Assembly: GCA_951406725.2 (NCBI GenBank) | Contig: OX597815.1 | Span: 7,130,001 to 7,194,000 of the forward strand | DNA from: Octopus vulgaris | Lineage: Eukaryota | DNA: 64,000 nt | Direction: 5' to 3' | Part shown: piece after piece, positions 54,331-64,000 of the stretch | How positions within the stretch are numbered: the stretch's first letter is position 1 | Layout: each line of letters starts with the position of its first letter | Notes under the pieces: model-generated | Told to the model about the DNA's origin: nothing | Databases searched by the model: none | Seen by the model: only the letters and a program-made list of their open reading frames with translations | Position numbers and translations under genes: made by a program

Positions 54331-55150
54331 CATGCATGTATATAAATATACACGCACACACAAACACACACACATATATCTATATACATACACGCACAGA
54401 CACATACTTATGTCTGTGTGTATGTATGTGTATACATCACACGCACACACATATATATATACATATATAAATATATGTATGTCTGTATGTATAAGTTTAT
54501 ATATGTATGAATGTATGTATGTATGTATGTATGTATGTATGTATGAATGTTTGTATGTATGTATGTATGTATGTATGTATGTATGTATGTATGTATGTGT
54601 GTGTGTGTGTATGTGTGTATGTATGTATGTATGTATGTATGTATGTATGTATGTATGTATGTATGTATGTGTGTATGTATATATGTGTGTATGTATGTAT
54701 GTATGTATGTATGTATATATGTATGTATATATGTATGTTTGTAATGTGTGTGTATACCTATGCAAGAATCCGCATTCAGATATATGTGCGTATGCCCTCT
54801 CATACGAGAGTATGCGTACGTTTGTATGCGATTCTACGTGTATTGCGTGTCATACTATCGAACTGTACAGGTATGTATACATAAATATAATAGGTTTTAT
54901 AAGTGGTGTGTGTATATATGTGCATATATGCACGCATGTATGTATATATACATGCATGTGTCTGTGTATGTGTGTTAATATGAATGTTTGCGTAATACTG
55001 GAGTAACACCGAGTGTCTATGTATATGTTGGTGAATATATGTATGTGTGTATATATATTTATACACAAACAAGTATGCTTGCATACTGATGCATAGAGAC
55101 AGATATATGCGTATATATGTGTGTGTGTGTGTGTTTGTGTGTATTGTGTA
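53570..55150. repeat. Mixed (AAC), (ACT), (GCT), (GAT), (TA) and (TATG) microsatellites
   Basis: Direct reading. Confidence 0.85.
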
Positions 55151-55661
55151 CACATAAACACACAGCCTTTTTTGCTGGGGGAAGCTGGAACTGCACAAAT
55201 CCGAGTTTCTCGTTTCCGGTCTTCGGAAGATAGTGAAAAATAGAACATTGGAAGGATATTTGAAGACAAACGTATGATATATTTAAGAGTCAAAGCAAAT
55301 ATTGATTGGATGAAATTTGCCCACAAAACTTAAAACGAAAGTATCTTTGCTGGCTGCTGACGTATATGTCTGTCTGTTATGAAAAATCTGGAGATGTAAA
55401 GTCGATAAATAAACATAATACAATTGGAAGGGGCTGGGAAGATGAAGAGGGTGGGAAAGGAAACTGGGGAAAAAGAAGTAGGAAGTTAGGGAGATAAACG
55501 GGGAAAGACAGAAAAGGAAGAAATACAGAGCGGTGAAAAGATGAAAGAGAATTGGTGAAAGAAAAAAGTTAAAGAGAAAATTAAATAGGAGAAAAGAAGT
55601 AGTCGAAGTGGAACGTTGGAGGCTATTGAGAATATTTGTGTATAGAATGAATGTACAAATA

Positions 55662-56062
55662 TCTTTATATATAAAAGTGAGGTTGTGTGCTGTCTGTCTC
55701 CTACGATTTAGATTCCTAACTACTCCCACATTTTGCGGTGCAGTTTAACCAAAACCGGGTATCTTATAGTCGTGAATCATATCGAGCCCTTCTGGGTATT
55801 AGCGCGCGTCTACGATGAGTCTACGATTTAAAAAAAATTTACCATCAATTTTTCCCATTTTTAATACATTTTTTCGCTATCATATAAGGGAAGTAACTCT
55901 CTAAAAATGTCTACGATGAGTCAACGATTAAAAAAAAAATTTACCATAATTTTTTTTCTATTTTTAATGCATTTTTTTGCTATATTTTGGCTATAACTCT
56001 CTAAAAATGCTTATATAGTTATTTCCCTTACAAACCCGAGCAACGCCGGGCGATACTGCTAG
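55662..56062 (+). mobile_element. Complete non-autonomous Helitron
   Basis: A|TC start, subterminal hairpin cccgagcaacgccggg, CTAG|T end. Inserted in an AT dinucleotide with no TSD. Confidence 0.88.
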
Positions 56063-56329
56063 TAATATATAAAAATATAAGAAATACATTAAAATAAGCG
56101 TTAGAAATAATATAGTAGAAAAGTGAAGAGGCTTTTTTGAAAAACATGGAATACTAGTAACGAGGAGGGGATATATTGAGATATATATAAAATGATTTCA
56201 ACACACTAGTTGAACCATATGAGGGAGGTGACTATAATTTAAAAAATTATAAAGGCGACACGATTACTGATACTGGGAAACTATAAATAGTCAAGAAATA
56301 ATCATTGAAAGGTCGATAAAAGTAGGGGT

Positions 56330-56800
56330 TCATCATCATCATTGTTTAACGTCCGTTTTCTATGCTAGCATGGGTTGAACGGTTCGACCGGGGTCTGGGA
56401 AGCCAGAAGGCTGCACGAGGTTCCAGTCTTGATCTGGCAGTGTTTCTATAGCTGGATGCCCTTCCTAACGCCAAACACTCCGTGAGTGTAGTGGGTGCTT
56501 TTTACGTGCCACCGGCACAGGTGCCAGGCAAGGCTGGCAACGGCCACGATCGGTTGGTGCTCTTTACGTGCTACCGGCACGGAGGCAAGTCGAGGCGGCG
56601 CTGGCATCGGCCACGTTCAGATGGTGCTTTTTACGTGCCACTGGCACAGGGATCACAACTACAATTTCCATTGATTTTTGATGTTGATGTACTTGACTCA
56701 ATAGGTCACCTCAAGCACAGGGTCGAAACGGTGTTTCTTTACTTGCCACCTGCACAGGAGTCAGTCCAGCGGCACTGGCAACGGCCGGGTGCCAGTCATA
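56330..56800 (-). mobile_element. Retroposon family D
   Basis: catcatcatcattgtttaacgtccg... Contains a single unamplified version of the 129-bp unit arrayed at 11574-12960. Confidence 0.75.
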
Positions 56801-56877
56801 GGATTTGGTTCAATACCCCTCCCCATGAAACTTGCTGGCCTTGTGCCAAAATTTGAAATTGATATTTCATATTTGAA

Positions 56878-57090
56878 AAAGACGCCGAGCTGGAAGAATC
56901 GTTATCATGCCGGACAAAATACTCAGCGGCATTTCGTCCGTCTTTACGTTCTCAGTTCAAATTCCGATTTTGCCGATCATCCTTTCGGGATCGATAAAGT
57001 AGGTACCAGTTAATAATCACTGGAGTCGATGTAATCGACTTACCACTTCCTTCGAACTTGCTGGCCTCGTGCCAAAATTTGAAACCAATA
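56878..57090 (+). mobile_element. Old SINE family C-related copy
   Basis: gacgccgagctggaagaatcgtta...catcctttcgggatcgataaa. Confidence 0.6.
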
Positions 57091-57158
57091 TTTAATATTT
57101 GATCGAGACAGTTCAATAGTATTCAGCCATGATGCGATAAAAAAAATAGTACTTCATA

Positions 57159-57559
57159 GGCGCAGGAGTGGCTGTGTGGTAAGTAGCTTGCTAACCAACC
57201 ACATGGTTCCGGGTTCAGTCCCACTGCGTGGCACCTTGAGCAAGTGTCTTCTGCTATAGCCTCGGGCCGACCAATGCCTTGTGAGTGGATTTGGTAGACG
57301 GAAACTGAAAAAAGCCCGTCGTGTATATGTATATATATGTATGTGTGTGTGTTTGTCCCCTTAGCATTGCTTGACAACCGACGCTGGTGTGTTTACGTCT
57401 TCGTCACTTAGCGGTTCGGCAAAAAGACACCGATAGAATAAGTACTGGGCTTACAAAAAGAATAAGTCCCGGGGTCGATTTGCTCGACTAAAGGCGGTGC
57501 TCCAGCATGGCCGCAGTCAAATGACTGAAACAAGTAAAAGAGTAAAAGAGTAAAGGAGT
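57159..57559 (+). mobile_element. SINE family B, full length
   Basis: Identity to 34903-35312. Confidence 0.85.
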
Positions 57560-57767
57560 ATACATTCTTACTAATATTCTATTCCTCCTTCCTGTCCTTC
57601 TCCTCCTTGTTCTTCATTTCTTTTTCTTTTATGTCACCATCTCTTTGCTTCAATATTTTCTTCCCTTCTTTATTTTTCCATCTTTGGCAGCTCTTTTTCT
57701 TTTCTCTCTTACACCACCTACTTCCCTCCCAACCACTACCCTATTCAATTTATTTTATTTATCAACA

Positions 57768-58168
57768 TACTCTTTTACTTGTTTCAGTCATTTGACTGCG
57801 GCCATGCTGGAGCACCGTCTTTAGTCGAACAAATCGACCCCAGGACTTATTCTTTGTAAGCCCATTACTTATTCTATCGGTCTCTGTTGCCGAACTGCTA
57901 AGTGACGGGGACGTAAACACACCAGCATCGGTTGTCAAGCAATGCTAGGGGGACAAACACAGACACACAAACACACACACATACGTATATATATATACAT
58001 ATATACGACAGGCTTCTTTCAGTTTCCGTCTACCAAATCCACTCACAAGGCATTGGTCGGCCCGGGGCTATAGCAGAAGACACTTGCCCAAGATGCCATG
58101 CAGTGGGACTGAACCCGGAACCATGTGGTTGGTTAGCAAGCTACTTATCACACAGCCACTTCTGCGCC
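57768..58168 (-). mobile_element. SINE family B, full length
   Basis: Reverse complement of 57159-57559. Confidence 0.85.
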
Positions 58169-58492
58169 TATATATACCTCGATATATTTTTCATAGAGGA
58201 CATATTCGTCATCCAATCAGCTCTTTACGCTTCAAGCTTTATTGACAAATTTTTAACCTAGCAACAGTCGCGATGACTTCTAAATATCTCGTAAAGATCC
58301 CTCTTTAAATATTTCACCAATGTTCCATTCTTATTCCATCGTCCGAAGATTGGAAACGAAATACTAGAAGCGTCAGGTAATAAAGTTCCAGCGTTCAATA
58401 AGGTATTGCATATGACTGTACTTTTAGTCTTGGAAACATCTATGTGGTTGTGTATGTAGGTGTGTGCGTGTGTGTGCGTGTGTATGCACATA

Positions 58493-58928
58493 GGAGTAGC
58501 AAGGTATCCGAATTTCTGGTTCTGAATGATCTAAGGATCCATGAAAAGAAACCATTTGGCTGGCAGATTTCCAAGATATACCCCCCACCCCCAGACCATC
58601 ACAGCTCCTCCTCCATGTTTAACAGTTGGAAGATGGCAGCCTGGGTCAAATGCTTCTTTTGGCTGTCTCCAGACACACACTCAGCCGGTGGTCGGAAATA
58701 AGGTAAAGGATGACTCATCCGAGAAAATAACCTTCTTCCACTGCTCTAGAGAGCAATTCTGTAGGTTTTTACTCCACTCTAACTGCTTTACAACGTTTGT
58801 TTTTGAAAGTAGCGGTTTTCTGATTGCAGCTCTCCCGAGAAATCCGGCTTTGTGCAGCTCCCGGCGAACAGTGTTTGTGGAAACTGGGTTCTCGGGGTGG
58901 TCATTACGCTCTGCAGTAATTTTAGAAG
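58493..58928 (-). mobile_element. Tc1 transposase fragment fused to a CR1-like fragment (inverted copy of 61313-61746)
   Basis: The - strand gives WKKVIFSDESSF...PTVKHGGGAVMVWG. Confidence 0.8.
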
Positions 58929-59402
58929 TATATAATGTATTTAGACTTTAGAATTTTATAAACTTTTGAGAGAATGTGAAAAAAATTCTGTTCTGGAATA
59001 GTGAATCTCGAAGGACATCACCTAAAGCTATAATGAATAGCATCTAATTATTGGGTTGAAATAGGTAGCCCGTGGGACTCGAACCCACATCTCCTGTAAA
59101 CATGAATGTATATTTATATGTATGACAAATCGGAAGATTCCATATAATTGCCTGCTTATTCTCCTTACTAAAGCACACTTACAAATGAAGAATTCAAATT
59201 TAAATACTGAGAGAAACGACCGGCAATTAAAGAACCATCGTTGGTCGAAGAAGATTTCTTTAATCTGGTCAAGAGACTAAAATTCAGAAACATCTCCAAA
59301 TAGTTTCTAAAGTTCCGTTATAAAAGAGCTTAGCTTCTTAATGTAATTCCAAATGGGTTTTGTCTAGTCTTGTAAGATATTCATTTGTTAGTACCAACAG
59401 AC

Positions 59403-59473
<71 letters not shown>

Positions 59474-59539
59474 GTCTGTCTGTCTGTCTGTTTGCCTGTC
59501 TGTCTGTCTGTCTGTTTGCCTGTTTGCCTGTCAAAGATA

Positions 59540-59604
<65 letters not shown>

Positions 59605-59636
59605 ATCTATATATATAATCTATATATATAAATCTA

Positions 59637-60226
59637 TTATCAATTCAAAATGAACAATTAAATTACACCATCTAGAAAATTACATATAATAGAAATATTA
59701 AAAATAAAATAACAATAATATACCGATGAATAAGTAAATTGCACAAAAATAATAAAAACGTATGTAGGACGTATAATATATATATATATATATTATATAT
59801 ATCAGGAAGGAAGGAAAGAAGGAGACAAACGGTTTAACAAACAGATGTATTAGTATAACGTCAGAAACATAGAAAAGTCTTTTACGGAGCCTACGATCTT
59901 CTACAGAGAAAGAAGGAGAGAGACAAGGAGACAAAAAATAGTGCTAACGATACACTCGCGGTCATATATATATATATATAAACGCCATGATCGATCGTTA
60001 GTCACTACACACATTGTTTGTCTCCTTGTTTCTCTCTTCTCCTATGTTTCTCTGACGAAATGCGTAGGCTCGAAACGTTAAACCCTCCTTTTTCCTTCCT
60101 TCCTGAGCGTCCAATAATACTATATTTGTTCCACGTCCTCGCGTTGTTGTGCTTTTTTGTGCTTTCTTGTTTGGATTAACTTTATTTATATATATATATA
60201 TATATATAATATACATATATAATCTA

Positions 60227-60268
<42 letters not shown>

Positions 60269-60668
60269 GTTAATCCAAACAAGAAAGCACAAAAAAGCAC
60301 AACAACGCGAGGACGTGGAACAAATATATTATTATTGGACGCTCAGGAAGGAAGGAAAGAAGGAGGGTTTAACGTTTCGAGTGGAGCATTTCGTCGGAAA
60401 CATAGGAGAAGGAAAGATCCAGAGAAGGAAGACAGAGGAAAAAAATCGCCAACGGTACACTCGCGGTCATATATATATATATAAACGCCATGATCGATCG
60501 TTAGTCACTACACACATTTTTTGTCTCCTTGTTTCTCTCCTTGTTTCTCTGTAGAAGAGCGTAGGCTCGAAACGTAAAAGACTTTTTCTATTTCTGAGCG
60601 TTATACTAATACATCTGTTTGTTTTCTACACCGTTTGTCTTCCACTTTTGTTTTTTTCGTAAACTCTT

Positions 60669-60707
<39 letters not shown>

Positions 60708-60845
60708 CTCCCAAATACATACGTTTTTATTATTATTTTGCAATTTACTTATTCATCGGTATATTATTGTTATTTTATTTTTAATATTTCTATTATATGT
60801 AATTTTCTAGATGGTGTAATTTAATTGTTCATTTTGAATTGATAA
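59637..60845. repeat. About 1.2-kb palindromic cluster of PLE pseudo-LTR-like pieces with hammerhead variants
   Basis: 59637-59765 is inverted at 60716-60845, and 60070-60190 is inverted at 60260-60380. Hammerhead-like motifs at 60052 (+), 60367-60401 (-) and 60549 (+). Confidence 0.75.
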
Positions 60846-60882
60846 AAGGTGGGTTTTTTTCTATTTTTTGTATATATATATA

Positions 60883-61655
60883 CAGGGGCTGGACAAAATA
60901 ATCAAAACGCCTAGCATCATAACATCATAATTTTGAAATATCTATAAAAACGTCAAAAGCTTGTTTATTTTTATGTTTTTTGATTTATTATTAGTGTTAC
61001 TTAATATGTTTTGCTAAAATTGCTGTTTATTTTCAGATATCGTCAGAAAACAGTAATTAAAATTCATTAAAATGACATCTATCGGACTTTCAAAGAAGTC
61101 AAATTGTTGGTGCTCGTATGGCAGGCGCTAGCGTAACGAAAACAGCCGAAATGTTCGGTGTATGAAGAAGTACTGTCTCGAAAGTAATGACAGCCTTTGA
61201 GAAAGAGGGAAAAACCTCCTCGTCGAAACAAAACTCCGGAAGAAAACCAAAACTTTCAGGTAGGGACCGTCAGACACTTACGCGAATTCTTAGAAAAGAT
61301 CACAAAAGTACAACTTCTAAAATTACTGCAGAGCGCGTAATGACCACCCCGAGAACCCAGTTTCCACAAACACTGTTCGCCAGGAGCTACACAAAGCCGG
61401 ATTTCACGGGAGAGCTGCAATCAGAAAACCGCTACTTTCAAAAACAAACGTTGCAAAGCATTTAGAGTGGAGTAAAAACCTACAGAATTGCTCTCTAGAT
61501 TAGTGGAAGAAGGTTATTTTCTCGGACGAGTCATCCTTCACCTTATTTCCGACCACTGGCAGAGTATGTGTCTGGAGACAGCCAAAAGAAGCATTTGACC
61601 CAGGCTGCCATCTTCCAACATGGAGGAGGATCTGTGATGATCTGGGTGGGGTGGG
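60883..61655 (+). mobile_element. Tc1-family transposon, 3'-truncated; transposase pseudogene from 61072
   Basis: TA-CAGGGGCTGGACAAAATAAT TIR. DFQRSQIVGARMAGASVTKTAEMFGV*RSTVSKV...SGRKPKLS...WKKVIFSDES...HGGGSVMIW, with stops and frameshifts. Confidence 0.88.
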
Positions 61656-61659
61656 GGTA

Positions 61660-61942
61660 TATCTTGGAAATCTGCCAGCCAAAGGGTTTCTCTTCATTGA
61701 TCCTTAGATCATTCAGAACCAGAAATTCGGATACCTTGCTACTCCTATGGAGGACGTTTGTCCTCAGCCGTCTGGATTTCTGCTCTCACAACAGTGGACA
61801 CCACAGAATGTTAAATTGGTAACAGAACTTGAGGCGATCCAGCGCCACTATACAAAGAATTCTGACTCGATGAAACAGATAAGCTACTGGGAGAAGCTAC
61901 AAAAATTGAAGATCTACGCTTTAGAGAGAAGGCGAGAAAGGT
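61660..61942 (+). pseudogene. CR1-like LINE ORF2 C-terminal fragment
   Basis: ILRSFRTR...FVLSRLDFCS / WTP...ELEAIQRHYTK...SYWEKLQKLKIYALERRRER. Confidence 0.75.
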
Positions 61943-62263
61943 TGAAACAGAGACAACTGCAGAAGGGGAATATTCTTTATGTTGCATGTCTCGTTTCTCT
62001 GTTTGTTTATTTTTTTCGTTGTTCGTTTCTATGTTTTTGTTTTTATGTTTTCGTTTCTCATTGTGTTCAACGTTTTTTTTTATGTCCTGTACCATGTATA
62101 TGTAGGTATCTTTCTCCTCATCCACCCCACCCTCTTGTACTGTCTTATATTCCTCTCCACCACTACGAAACTCTATAAAATGATTAAAATTCCCCACAAA
62201 GGAACTTATTTTGATTTGAAAACCCCACTAGAATGGGAGAAAGCGCTAATGATCTAAGTGATA

Positions 62264-62302
<39 letters not shown>

Positions 62303-62344
62303 TCTGTAAATACAAACCATCCGATCTTCTGAGTACCTCATTTC

Positions 62345-62409
<65 letters not shown>

Positions 62410-62438
62410 CACCCCCCACCCACACACACACATACATA

Positions 62439-62665
62439 CAGGGTGTGGTGAATATATTGTCGTCTCAATTACGCAAAAATGAAAGCAACATTGGCATCTC
62501 TATTTAACAGATATAGTTATCAAAATGATATAAAAATATATTCAAATACTAAAGGGTAAATTTATTCAATGATATCGCCATTGGCTTCAACCACGGCCTC
62601 CGGACGACTTTGGAATCTCCTGCAACTTTTCTGGACAGTCTCCTTGTTTAAGTTGGTGAATGCTG
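62439..62665 (-). mobile_element. Tc1/mariner-superfamily 3'-end relic
   Basis: TA-CAGGGTGTGGTGAAT TIR. The - strand reads AFTNLNKETVQKSCRRFQSRPEAVVEANGDIIE*. Confidence 0.7.
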
Positions 62666-62689
62666 TTATGACACGGTGAAAAAGATGTG

Positions 62690-63045
62690 CTCTTAGGAGA
62701 GACTATAAGAACTTAAGATCTACTCCATGAAGGGAAGGCCAGAAAGGTATGCAGTAATATACATATGGAAGATTCCTGGAAGGTCCAGCTCCCAATTTTG
62801 GAATTAAAAACTTTGGAACTAAAAGCTATACTAACCACCGAACTGGACGTCACTGCGTGGACGTCTTTGGTGGTATATCTCAGATAAGGACCCAGTATTG
62901 CAACAGCTTAGGTTTCGAGGGATCACAACTGTTTAACATCCTGCCAAGGAACCTAAGAGATGTGCAAGGTGTAAGATGTAGAGACGTTCAAAAAGCACGT
63001 GGTCAAATTTCTATCTGAAAAATCCCAGATGAACCCAGATCGCGG
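62690..63045 (+). pseudogene. Decayed CR1-like LINE 3' fragment
   Basis: FRGSQLFNILPRNLRD...FKK...PDEP motif. Confidence 0.6.
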
Positions 63046-63199
63046 CAAAAGCACGAAGAAGTGCAACTCCGTCCAGTTCGTTTCTTCACCAAAATCAGTC
63101 CCGAAAGGAGACCCCCAAAACATTGAAAGGCGGTGTTGCAGCATGGCCCCAGTCTCTGGCTGAAACCAATAAAAAGAGTAAAAGAATGGTGAACTCTAT

Positions 63200-63480
63200 C
63201 GTAAATGACAGATGAGGGTTCTTGCCAAATAACGTGCACAGATCACGTGTTTATAGTAATCAAGTGTTTGCGCCACACATGGACCCACTTCCTCCATGAA
63301 ATCGATGTTGCATGTAGAGGTGCATGGTGTGCCACATGTCAGGTGCCGAAGGGAGCGCAGAGCGATGGGGAATGTAATTATTTTGGTCAAGAACACAGTG
63401 CACCGGCCAGTGAGGGAAGCGAAACCACGATCTTGCGATTGTCAGTGCAGCAACTTAACGACTAGGCCATGCGCGCCTTC
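63200..63480 (-). mobile_element. Old tRNA-headed CORE-like SINE
   Basis: The - strand head reads gaaggcgcgcatggcctagtcgttaag...gtttcgcttccc...gtgttcttgaccaa. Confidence 0.5.
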
Positions 63481-63504
63481 TACTCAGCTATGAAGACATG
63501 AGTA

Positions 63505-63595
63505 AATCTATACATATTTATATATGTATGTATATGTGTATATGTGTATATTTATGTATATATATATATGTGTGTGTGTGTATGAAAATTTATAC

Positions 63596-63646
<51 letters not shown>

Positions 63647-64000
63647 TACATTCATGCATACATTCATACCTACATACATACATACATGCATACATGCATG
63701 CATACATGCATGCATACATACATACATACATGCATACATACATACATACATACATACATACATACATACACACATACATACATTCATACATACATACATA
63801 CATACATACATACATACATGCATACATATATACATACATACATACATACATACATACATGCATACATATATACATGCATAATACATACATGCATACATAC
63901 ATACATACATACACGCATACATACATACAAACATACATGCATATATACATGCATACATACATACAAACATACATGCATACATACATGCATACATACATGC
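63505..64000. repeat. (TA)n/(TACA)n microsatellite
   Basis: Direct reading. Confidence 0.95.

Noticed and set aside
59064-59098. tRNA-like 3' half on the - strand (ggttcgagtcccacgggctacc)
   Set aside because: No D-arm or A-box upstream; fragment only.

Overview
This is repeat-saturated animal genomic DNA. The SINE families and the extreme (TA)n/(TACA)n/(CA)n microsatellite load suggest an octopod cephalopod (inference, not database-confirmed). One host gene is well supported: the 3' six coding exons of Integrator complex subunit 5 (INTS5) on the + strand (1480-15432). They splice GT-AG into an uninterrupted 255 aa + stop, with a polyA signal at 15647. The rest is transposon-derived: several tRNA-headed SINE families, non-autonomous Helitrons, TTAA MITEs, Tc1/mariner relics, decayed CR1, RTE, Tx1/L1 and R4/Dong-like LINE fragments, and Penelope-like (PLE) material. 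Nearly all ORFs in the supplied track are microsatellite or repeat artefacts. The most interesting signals are RNA-structural. (1) About ten minimal hammerhead-ribozyme motifs with canonical and variant cores. (2) A head-to-head fold-back of a tRNA-headed unit that ends in a hammerhead (19868-20330). (3) A 4.35-kb palindrome built around a PLE GIY-YIG fragment. (4) A SINE 3' tail matching a Tx1/L1-type LINE 3' end present in the same window. (5) A tandemly duplicated composite Helitron just after the INTS5 polyA site. All alignments and structures were read by eye and need computational confirmation.
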